IMG/VR virus record: IMGVR_UViG_3300025915_000006
Length of the DNA stretch: 64,000 bases
DNA from: an uncultured virus (IMG/VR IMGVR_UViG_3300025915_000006)
Lineage: Duplodnaviria > Heunggongvirae > Uroviricota > Caudoviricetes
Direction: 5' to 3' (one strand)
Shown: positions 1-8,039 of the stretch, piece by piece
Numbering within the stretch: the first letter of the stretch is position 1
How the letters are laid out: every line of letters starts with the position of its first letter
Position numbers and translations under genes: made by a program
The notes under the pieces: model-generated
What the model was told of the DNA's origin: nothing
Seen by the model: the letters and a program-made list of their open reading frames with translations, nothing else
Database searches by the model: none

Positions 1-2314
1 TTCTTTGCCAATTGACTACGCGTTCAAGTCTGATACCCAAAAGTCCGCTCTGCCAAAGCGAGATCAGCGACGCCGCGGAATTGCTCGGCGCCGAATCCAT
101 CTGCACGGAAGCCTCTTGCGACGCGTCGATTTCCACGCCGCCTTCGTCCGCCATGAAGATGTCGCTCGGGTTGAACAGGACGATGATCGAGCCCGCCGAC
201 GTGCTGTGCGGCACGCTGTTGGAGGTAATCACCGGCATGCCGAGAAGCGTGCCGCCGCCAACCGTGATGCCGGGGAAGGCATACGGACCGTTGGCGGTGC
301 GAATCTGGCCGATGCGGAAAGCCGAATCCGGCGTCATGACCCACACCAAGTTGTCGACCGCAACGTTCGCGCCCGTCAAAGCGCCCATCAGCGCCGATAC
401 GTCGGTCTCGAACGAGGCGAGCGTAGTCGGTGCTGCCGAGGCTTGTACCGGCGTGATGCCGTTGGTGATCGATGCCGGCGAGACGTTGGCAGACGCGACG
501 ACCGAAGGATCGATGAACTGCTGATCCATGAAGGTCGCGGTGTACTTGGTCAAGTCGTCCTGCACCAACTGTTCGGCCGCGGGACTGGAGAACATCGCCA
601 GTTCCTTGGTGATCGCAACAATGGCTGCGATCTTGGCAAAGCCGATGGTCGACGTGATGTACTGCTGCTTCTGCGCCGGGATCGCATTGCCTTGGCCTAC
701 CCAACCCACCGATACTCCGGAGGTCTGCGTCGCGAAGCGGATGTTGAACGGCACCATCCGCAGACCTTGGACCTTGCCGAGAATCGTGGCGGGACGGAGC
801 AGGTCGACGAACTCGCTCGCCATATTGGTAAATTGCACCAGCGGCGACGCATAGTTGGTGTCCGTCGTGTTACCGGAAGCCACCGCTGTACGCGTGACGA
901 ACTGCCACGAGCGCAGCACGTTTTCGATGTCCGGCGACTGATCCTTCCATCCCGGCTGTCCGCGTGCGATCTCGGCTGCCGTCATCGCATTGCCCCTCGC
1001 CGCGGCCATGCACATCGCGAGACGGGCGAACTTGCGGCCCTTCGGCAGGTTCGTGTTGCGAATGATCGCGTCGCCGTGACGAACCGGCTTCGGCTCATTC
1101 ATTCCCGCATCCGGCAATACCGGCTTGGCGGAAGCTTTGTTGCGTTCTACGGCTGCCCGCAGGACGACAAGATGCTCGTCGACCGACTTGATCTCGGTTT
1201 CGAGATTGCCGTACTCTTCCTTTTCCGCGGCGTCGAAGGTACGACCCTCGTCCGCAGAAGCCTTCAGTAGTTCATCCATCCGGCCGACATTGGCCGCGCG
1301 CTTGGCTTCAAAGCCAGCGACTTGTTCTACGATCGTGCTCATGGGATTTCCTCTAGGTGTTTCGAGTGGTTTTCCCGAAGCGCCGGGAGGTGTGGACAAG
1401 CTCACGACCCTGCTTCGCGTATGGCCTGACGCGGCCCGCGTTGCGTGGTCTGAGGACTTGATCTGCTTGACGCGAGCCGCATGGAGCTCGTCGTCGATGG
1501 ACTTGATGCCGGTGATCACGGCATCGGGATTTGCGGGGACTCCCACTACGGAGAGTTCCAGCCATTCCCACGACTTGAAGCGCGTTCCGCCGTAGGGATT
1601 GGCCTTGTCCAACGGCTCGTCGTCCAGAGGACGAAAGCCGATCGACACGTAACTTAAAAGGTCGTACTTGATCGAGTGAATGGCCTCGTCGATGCGGTCC
1701 TTGACCGTTCCTGACTCGGAGACTTTGGGAATCCGCGCTTCGAACGGAATGCCCTTTGAGGTCGGCTTGGCCTGACTGACGTTGCCGATCGGCAGCGTCG
1801 TGTCGTGATACAGAAAGAGCTTTGGAAGACTGCTGAACTGCGCGCCCATCGGCTCGACGACATCGCCCATGCGATCGGTTCTGGGTGAACTGGCGACCCC
1901 GCTGATGACGAAGCAGTCCGGCGTCTCGCTGATCGCCTTGGTGCTCAACCGCGCATAGGCGCGCTGCAAGGAGGCAGCCGACTTGCCGTCGATCTTGGTC
2001 AGGAGATCGGAGGCTTCGGACTCGATGCCTGCAACGTTTTCCTGCGCTGCGCGCTGCTTGATGGCAATGACGGCCGATCGATAGACTTTCCCGCCCTTGC
2101 CGAACGGGTATTTGTAGTAAGCCTTGCTCTTAGCGGCCTGACTGGAATCAATGCCGAGGAACCACTTGCCGTAGTTAGCCCAGTCGTCGCCATTGGCTCC
2201 AAGCAAAGCATTGCCGTCTTCTGCCGAAAACGACCAGTCGGAGGTCTTATCGACGCTCCCGCTTGCGACAAGCGAGCGCGCGTGCGACGCGCCCGCGGCG
2301 TTCAAACTCGTCAT
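1..2314 (-). CDS. Fused HK97-type prohead protease + major capsid protein (runs off the window start)
   Basis: Manual translation from ATG 2314 has no stop down to base 1, so it is absent from the ORF track. Protease motifs: DRMGDVVEPMGA, LYHD, SIGFRP, WLELSVVGVPANPDA. Capsid part from in-frame ATG 1342: EFVDLLRPATILGK, VPFNI, GGTLLGMPVITS, SLWQ. Confidence 0.92.
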   Translation of the reverse strand, partial: MTSLNAAGASHARSLVASGSVDKTSDWSFSAEDGNALLGANGDDWANYGKWFLGIDSSQAAKSKAYYKYPFGKGGKVYRSAVIAIKQRAAQENVAGIESEASDLLTKIDGKSAASLQRAYARLSTKAISETPDCFVISGVASSPRTDRMGDVVEPMGAQFSSLPKLFLYHDTTLPIGNVSQAKPTSKGIPFEARIPKVSESGTVKDRIDEAIHSIKYDLLSYVSIGFRPLDDEPLDKANPYGGTRFKSWEWLELSVVGVPANPDAVITGIKSIDDELHAARVKQIKSSDHATRAASGHTRSRVVSLSTPPGASGKPLETPRGNPMSTIVEQVAGFEAKRAANVGRMDELLKASADEGRTFDAAEKEEYGNLETEIKSVDEHLVVLRAAVERNKASAKPVLPDAGMNEPKPVRHGDAIIRNTNLPKGRKFARLAMCMAAARGNAMTAAEIARGQPGWKDQSPDIENVLRSWQFVTRTAVASGNTTDTNYASPLVQFTNMASEFVDLLRPATILGKVQGLRMVPFNIRFATQTSGVSVGWVGQGNAIPAQKQQYITSTIGFAKIAAIVAITKELAMFSSPAAEQLVQDDLTKYTATFMDQQFIDPSVVASANVSPASITNGITPVQASAAPTTLASFETDVSALMGALTGANVAVDNLVWVMTPDSAFRIGQIRTANGPYAFPGITVGGGTLLGMPVITSNSVPHSTSAGSIIVLFNPSDIFMADEGGVEIDASQEASVQMDSAPSNSAASLISLWQSGLLGIRLERVVNWQR

Positions 2315-2330
2315 GGGAGACTCCGGAAAT

Positions 2331-2376
2331 GAAAAACGCCGCGCGAGGCGGCGTAAAAAAAGCGCCCAGCGGCGCT
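2331..2376 (-). terminator. Two tandem hairpin + U-tract terminator-like elements upstream of the protease-capsid gene
   Basis: Minus strand reads AGCGCC-GCTG-GGCGCT-TTTTTT, then ACGCCGC-CTCGC-GCGGCGT-TTTT. Confidence 0.55.
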
Positions 2377-2413
2377 AAAATGGCGGCCCTAGGCCACCAG
2401 ACAGGAGAAGACG

Positions 2414-2716
2414 ATGCTTACGGCGTTACTGTTCGGGACCGCGCTCGCGGCCACGTCCGATTGGACGAACTACCTGTGCAAGTACGGCGACGATCAGACC
2501 ACGCAACTGGTCAGGGTCAACGAGAAGGACGGCCGCGTCACGCTCGATGATCGCGACATGAACAAGGTCAAGATCAGTCCTGCGGAAATCTCGTTTTCGC
2601 CACCGAAGGGCGGCGTATGGACCATCAGGAAGCCCGGACTGGCCCTGGAAACGCTACGCTACATCCCGCCCGGCATTCCGAAGATGGAAGACGGGACGTG
2701 CAAGATCGTGGACTAA
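2414..2716 (+). CDS. Small exported protein (moron-like, antisense to the late operon)
   Basis: AGGAG RBS, signal-peptide-like N-terminus (MLTALLFGTALAA), two Cys; fills the gap between terL and protease. Confidence 0.65.
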   Translation: MLTALLFGTALAATSDWTNYLCKYGDDQTTQLVRVNEKDGRVTLDDRDMNKVKISPAEISFSPPKGGVWTIRKPGLALETLRYIPPGIPKMEDGTCKIVD

Positions 2717-4230
2717 ACAAAAAACAGTTTGTACTCAGGCTCGACGGTCTTCGCGGTCGGCAGCACGCCCACCGCCATCGCGAGACTTACCGCGCCGTCG
2801 ATTCTGCCCGTTGCCTTACCCTTGACGAACTTGCGGTTTCCCGCCGGGTCCATCGCGATCGTGGCGTTGCTCATGCACATGTTCAGCACAGGATGGTTCC
2901 CGTGCCTTAGTTTCCGCGACAGGATCATCGATTCCAGCTCCCTGATCGCCGGACTCATCGAGACGAAGCCCTGCCCGAACTCGACGAACTTCGCCATCTC
3001 TGCCTCGGTGAAACCGGCTTTTTCGAGCCACGGCTTCAGGAACTTCATGTTGTAGCGGTCGAAGGCAATCGCCTGAACGTCGCAGGTATCAAAAATTCCG
3101 CGCAGATGCTCCGCGATGAACTCGTACTCGATGCTCGATCCTGGCGTCGTCAGAAGCTTCTCGTCAGCAGCCCATACGTCATAGGGAACGCGGTCATTGC
3201 GTGACTTTTCTGCGAGCCCGTTTTCCGGCAGCCAGAAGGTTGAGTAGACATCCCACGCCTGCCCGAACTGGGTAATCAATTCGAGGGAGCAAAGATCGGC
3301 CACGGAAGCCAGGTCTAGTCCGCCCCAAACCTTGGCCCCTCTAAACTGTCCTAGCTGAGCCGCTCCGTTTTCTTCCCATACCGCTCGGGAGATGAACGGA
3401 TTCCTTGCCTCCACCCGCTGATTCAGGATCAGGTTGCGGAACGAGGCTTCGCGGCTCGGCATGCGCTTGGCATCCGATGCCTGCCGAAAGACCTCTTCCT
3501 GATTCATGAACTCGTCGAAGTGCGGATTCGCCTTGCGAATCGCGATCTCCGAAAACGGGTCGATGTCCATTGGCGCTGAGTAAATCTGCACCTTAATGCG
3601 CGGATCGGCACCGCTTAAAGCGTCATCGATGAGTACCGACAAGAGGTCGCCATCCGTCGGCGCTTGGGTGCTGATGATGATCGAGAGCGGGTCTTCCTCT
3701 GCCGCGCTTGCCGTCTCAAATGCCTCGTACAGATGCGAGCGCGGTCCCTTGACCTGGCCGAGCTCGTCATGCACCACGAACAGCGGCGAATGCCCCAGGG
3801 CCGTCTTCGCTTCGGCCGACATCGCCTCGTAAATCGTTCCCAGTTCCGGACACAGCAGTTGCTTGGCCGTGTCCCTGATCTGCACTGCGTCCTTCAGGTC
3901 GGGCGAGAATCTGACGATCTTCGCAGCCAGCCCGAACAGGATGCCGGCCTGGTCCCGAGACTGCGCCGCGCTATACAGACCGCCGTTCCTGACCGCTTCC
4001 GGCCCGCACAGATGCAGAAGTAGAAGGAAGGCCGAGAACGCCGTCTTGCCGCCCTTGCGGCCCATCGACAGGATGAACAGCCGCGTCGGACTGTCGTATA
4101 TCTGGCACAGCCAACGCTTCTGTTCCTTGCTTAACTTGACCGGCTTGCCTAGGAACTTCCCTTTCGGGACGATGCAGTGACGTTCGATCCAGCGGGCGTT
4201 TTCCTCGCCCCGCGTCAGTCTCGTTGCCAC
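2713..4230 (-). CDS. terL: Terminase large subunit (Terminase_1 / HK97-like)
   Basis: Walker A MGRKGGKT, Walker B VVHDELG, motif III IISTQ, nuclease motifs GGLDLAS and RIDGAVSLAMA. Confidence 0.95.
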   Translation of the reverse strand: MATRLTRGEENARWIERHCIVPKGKFLGKPVKLSKEQKRWLCQIYDSPTRLFILSMGRKGGKTAFSAFLLLLHLCGPEAVRNGGLYSAAQSRDQAGILFGLAAKIVRFSPDLKDAVQIRDTAKQLLCPELGTIYEAMSAEAKTALGHSPLFVVHDELGQVKGPRSHLYEAFETASAAEEDPLSIIISTQAPTDGDLLSVLIDDALSGADPRIKVQIYSAPMDIDPFSEIAIRKANPHFDEFMNQEEVFRQASDAKRMPSREASFRNLILNQRVEARNPFISRAVWEENGAAQLGQFRGAKVWGGLDLASVADLCSLELITQFGQAWDVYSTFWLPENGLAEKSRNDRVPYDVWAADEKLLTTPGSSIEYEFIAEHLRGIFDTCDVQAIAFDRYNMKFLKPWLEKAGFTEAEMAKFVEFGQGFVSMSPAIRELESMILSRKLRHGNHPVLNMCMSNATIAMDPAGNRKFVKGKATGRIDGAVSLAMAVGVLPTAKTVEPEYKLFFV

Positions 4231-4634
4231 AGCTTGCGGCCGTTCTTCGGCACAGCCTTGTCGGCACGATAGCTCGCCTGATGCGTCAGGCGCATGGACC
4301 GCGCCAGGGTATTGATGATCTGCGACTCCCGGTGCGCCATCGCCAGCAGCCGGTCGTAACGCTTCAACCCATCGTTCTCATTCAGCCATTCCGGGTCGAA
4401 CTGCTTGATCTGCGCGTCGATGACGTCGGCCTTGACCACATGCCGGCAGTAGTCGACCAGCATCGGAACGTGCTCCAACCCGAACCAGTCCGCGGGCTTA
4501 CTACCGGTCGTCGCGGCCCATACCCCGCGCTCACCGTCGGTCAAGGCTGAAGGTGGGCCAAGCCGCGTGATCCCGTGTGCGTCGACCTCAACGATAGCAA
4601 GGGAAGCCGCTGATTTACGCCCGCGTTGGTTCAT
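4215..4634 (-). CDS. terS: Terminase small subunit (P27-like)
   Basis: Directly upstream of terL; GRK N-terminus, PPxxL...W, and C-terminal MRLTHQASYR pattern. Confidence 0.8.
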   Translation of the reverse strand: MNQRGRKSAASLAIVEVDAHGITRLGPPSALTDGERGVWAATTGSKPADWFGLEHVPMLVDYCRHVVKADVIDAQIKQFDPEWLNENDGLKRYDRLLAMAHRESQIINTLARSMRLTHQASYRADKAVPKNGRKLWQRD

Positions 4635-4709
4635 AAGTGGGAAAAAGTCTCAATCGCTCGCTGGCGGACTGTTGCAAAGTGGGTTGAAAGGTACGAATTT
4701 AGGTCAGGT

Positions 4710-4770
4710 TGCTCGGCGCGCGGTTTCCAGAGGCTCGCGCCTTGTGATGTTTCGATACCCCCCGATGGCC
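4710..4770 (-). other. Candidate cos packaging site
   Basis: Non-coding gap between HNH and terS. Minus strand has GGGGGGTATCGAAA...GGAAACCGCGCGCC, the G-run plus GC-rich arrangement usual for HK97-like cos regions. Exact cut site not determined. Confidence 0.5.
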
Positions 4771-4818
4771 TTGACCATCGCTGGGCGCTGGAATTGATTG
4801 CATTGGGACTATTGCAGT

Positions 4819-5100
4819 CTATTTCGCAACGGGCCAGCCATCGCTTCCAATGCTAATTTGCTCCCGCGCCGCGCGTCCGAAGTCTTCTGCTGTCTTGATC
4901 CGATGACACTCGCGGCACAAGCCTTGGCGATTGTCGTCGGTATCAGGGCCGTCGTTGTCCATCGCTACCGTGTGATCCAGTTCTTGCCAGAGGGTCGCGC
5001 GGCCTTGGTCCGCACATCTGACGCACAGCGGATTGGCCTGCATGTGGCGCCTCCTGATCGCCTGCAGCTTCCTGCCGCGGATGCGGTTATTGGTGCTCAC
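4819..5100 (-). CDS. HNH endonuclease (HK97 gp74-like terminase cofactor)
   Basis: PLCVRC, ELDH, NRQGLCRECHRIKT; adjacent to cos/terS. Start uncertain (GTG 5100 or ATG 5154). Confidence 0.9.
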   Translation of the reverse strand: MSTNNRIRGRKLQAIRRRHMQANPLCVRCADQGRATLWQELDHTVAMDNDGPDTDDNRQGLCRECHRIKTAEDFGRAAREQISIGSDGWPVAK

Positions 5101-5205
5101 GCGCGAGCGCGCAGGCGTCGGCAAAGGTCGCTGCCCACGCCATCTCGCCGGCATAGGACACTATCCAGCGGCCGTGATTGCCTCTCGCCTTGCGTATGTG
5201 CGGCT

Positions 5206-6633
5206 TCATGGATTCAGGACTACAGATACCCTCTGACTGCCGCTCATCGTAGCGGCAACGCTGTCCTTCGTATCAGCCAGATCGCGGAAGGTCACCGTGG
5301 CACTTCCTGCAGAAAGTGGCACGACCGTCGTTTTCCCAGCCGCTACCGCGACGAGAATCAGCATCATGTCTCCAGCTGTCAGAAGTCCGGACCCGAGAAC
5401 GCTTGACCACGGATCGCCCGCGGACCCCGCCGAGGTAAGCGCCTTGCCTGTGGTTCCCGTCGTCTGATGGCCTGACGTTGGCTCGTCCCATACGCCATTG
5501 ACAATGGCGGTGACGCTCGGGCCAGAGCCAGACGGCCCGTTAGCTAATGCAGGCGTTGTGAATTGATAGGCGGTAGGCGAAGCGCCTGAATCCTGCAGCG
5601 TCGTTTCCAGTTTATCGGCCGTAGATTGCAGCGTGTTCACCGAAGTCTGCGAGGCGGCCGTCTTCGCGGCGTCGTAAGCGATTGTCAACGTCATCGCGTC
5701 GCCGTCTTGCGCGGCTGTTTTTGCGAGATCGTAGGCAGCGGTCATGGCATATCCGGTCTTGTCGTTGTTCGTGGTCACCGTCACGCCGGCCGTGACAGAG
5801 GCTACCGAGCCGACCACGTTGCCGCCCACATTGCCGGTCACGCTTCCCACGGCGCCGGTCACCGATCCAACGGCACCGGTCACTGCCGCAGCAGTCGGGG
5901 TCGCCGCCGTAGCTGCCGTCGTGACCGACGCTTTCATGGTTGCGGTCAGATCCCCGGCCGTGGGCGCATTCGTCAGGTTCGTCGCCGTCGCCACCAGCGT
6001 CAGCGAATCCATCGTGCTCGCGGGCGTCGCGATGTTGAAAAACTTCTTGAACGCCGCCGCGAGCTGGCCAGCCGTTTCCGTCAGTGCGGTACCGAGAATC
6101 TGCGACAGATTCGACTTTACGACGCCGGACGCGAAATCGAGCTGCCCCGTTCCCGTTCCGGCGGAAAGCAGGACGCTTGCGCCGAGGTCGCGCGCGGTCT
6201 GTGCGGTGCCGGACCCAGTTGGACCAGCCTTGACCATGTTCGCATCCGCCAGCCCCGCCGCATCCACAACGAGCATGCGGCCCGCCGTCGCCGGCTTGAG
6301 CCCCGCCGTCTTGCGCAACGAGAATCGACCGACGACGAAGCCGACCGCCGAGACGCTGTCCACCGTGCCCGTCGTGATTACGACATCGAAGAACGATCCT
6401 GCGGCGTAAAACGTGCCGTCCGCAGACGTGTCGATCGCGACGTGATTGAGGCCAGTCACCGAATCGAAGTCGGCCGTCAACGTGACGCCGGTCGTGCTCT
6501 GCGTGACCGAGTTGTCCTTGTAGACCGACAGCGCCGGCGTACCCGCAAGCGTGAACGGAGCGCCGGTGCTCGGCCGCTGCGTCGTGAACTTGAAGTAGAC
6601 GACGGCCGACGGATCGAAGTCGCCGATGGTCAC
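5206..6633 (-). CDS. Putative virion-associated protein, Thr/Ala/Gly-rich
   Basis: 475 aa, beta-rich N-domain, VTGAVGS/VGGNV repeats; coupled within the late operon. Confidence 0.6.
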   Translation of the reverse strand: MTIGDFDPSAVVYFKFTTQRPSTGAPFTLAGTPALSVYKDNSVTQSTTGVTLTADFDSVTGLNHVAIDTSADGTFYAAGSFFDVVITTGTVDSVSAVGFVVGRFSLRKTAGLKPATAGRMLVVDAAGLADANMVKAGPTGSGTAQTARDLGASVLLSAGTGTGQLDFASGVVKSNLSQILGTALTETAGQLAAAFKKFFNIATPASTMDSLTLVATATNLTNAPTAGDLTATMKASVTTAATAATPTAAAVTGAVGSVTGAVGSVTGNVGGNVVGSVASVTAGVTVTTNNDKTGYAMTAAYDLAKTAAQDGDAMTLTIAYDAAKTAASQTSVNTLQSTADKLETTLQDSGASPTAYQFTTPALANGPSGSGPSVTAIVNGVWDEPTSGHQTTGTTGKALTSAGSAGDPWSSVLGSGLLTAGDMMLILVAVAAGKTTVVPLSAGSATVTFRDLADTKDSVAATMSGSQRVSVVLNP

Positions 6634-8039
6634 GCTGCCATCCTTACGGGCGGAAAGGCAACGCTGCCGCCGCTCCCCGCCAGATTCGTATTGATGAAGC
6701 CGCTCGGCGTGACGCGCTGCAAATTGGTGGTTTCCGTCAGCCCGCGAATCGTCGGATCGAGATAGACCGTGTCGGCGACGGCGATTACTACACGACCGCG
6801 CACGTAGCCAATCTCCTGCGGCGTGATCGCTGCCCCGGAATCAACCTTGCCGCTCCATGCCGTGCCGGAAAGCCCCGTCCAGTTGGCGGTGCCGGCGCCG
6901 ACTGCTTGGTCCGCGGGCGTTCCGAGCACCGCCGTGCGGTCTCGGTAAAGGGTGCTTCGCGTGCTGGACGACGTGGTCTTGGCGACGAATTCTCCCCACA
7001 CCTCGCTGTCCTTGTACGGCGTCGCGGAGCCGTCGCGCGCAATTTCCATGAACGGCGTAACCGACGACCCGCCCGCCGTGTAGACGTCGATCCACGGGCT
7101 TCTGTAGGGCGCGGCGGGGGTTGCGTTGATACCCGTGACGGTCAGGGAATGGCGGTTGGTCCCATCGTAGGATGCGCCGCTCGCCGTGACGTACTTCGAA
7201 CTGGCAGCGACCGCGCTGCCGCGATAGCTGTAATGCGCGAAGTGATAGTGCGTGTCGTCGCTGCTGCCGTCGAAGACGTAGACCTCGCCGTCGCCATCGC
7301 TGGCCCCGGTCGCCTGAATCGTTGCCGATCCGTTGAACTTGGGATTGGTCAGCTGCGCCACGTAATTCGCGGCGCTGGACGGGAAATAGGCGCCGCTGCT
7401 CCCGGAAAAATCGGTGCCGTTGCTGCGAAACTCGAACTGGAACGACGACGACTTGAAGAGCGCGGTTTGCGGAGAGAGAACAGCCAGATTCGAGCCTTCG
7501 TCCTCCCACAGCCCCCGCACCGTAAAGCCCTGCGACGCGTGGTTCCACTGAAAAGCGCAGTTGTGCGTGACGAAATGCATGTTCGACGGCGAGGACGCCG
7601 CCGGCCCGATGTTGACCCGACCACCCGCAGAGGTCGTACCGGCGATAATCGTGCAGTCGTACAACTCGACCACGTCGTTGTCCGAGCCGCAGAAATTGAG
7701 GATGTTGGTCGACGACGTGCTGCCGAACGTAATGGTGAAGCCATACCAAACACCGCCGTTGATATTCAGCGTGAACGTTCCACTGACAAGGACTTGCGCA
7801 CCAGCCGCGTAGGCCGTCGGCGGCTGATTCGTGGTGTCACTGGTGCTGATGAGTTGCACCCCGGCAGCGGGGGTAAGGGTCGTCGTGGCACCGAACGTCT
7901 GCGCGAATGCGTTATCGACGTAAATCGTGTCATTCGCCGCCGCTGCGCTGATGGCGGTGGCGTAGGAGGTCGCGGCCTTCGCCCACGTGTCGTAAGGGGA
8001 AGTATTCGAACCACTCGCCTTGACGTAGAGCGCAGCCAT
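6630..8039 (-). CDS. Putative virion-associated beta-rich protein (possible beta-helix)
   Basis: 469 aa. N-terminus YVKASGSNTSPYDTWAKAA...DTIYV resembles the cap of right-handed beta-helix proteins. Confidence 0.55.
   Translation of the reverse strand: MAALYVKASGSNTSPYDTWAKAATSYATAISAAAANDTIYVDNAFAQTFGATTTLTPAAGVQLISTSDTTNQPPTAYAAGAQVLVSGTFTLNINGGVWYGFTITFGSTSSTNILNFCGSDNDVVELYDCTIIAGTTSAGGRVNIGPAASSPSNMHFVTHNCAFQWNHASQGFTVRGLWEDEGSNLAVLSPQTALFKSSSFQFEFRSNGTDFSGSSGAYFPSSAANYVAQLTNPKFNGSATIQATGASDGDGEVYVFDGSSDDTHYHFAHYSYRGSAVAASSKYVTASGASYDGTNRHSLTVTGINATPAAPYRSPWIDVYTAGGSSVTPFMEIARDGSATPYKDSEVWGEFVAKTTSSSTRSTLYRDRTAVLGTPADQAVGAGTANWTGLSGTAWSGKVDSGAAITPQEIGYVRGRVVIAVADTVYLDPTIRGLTETTNLQRVTPSGFINTNLAGSGGSVAFPPVRMAA

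Noticed and set aside
5..1595. Plus-strand ORFs (421, 170, 156 aa) and minus-strand ORF 24-704
   Set aside because: Shadows of the protease-capsid frame, which the track missed because it has no stop in the window.
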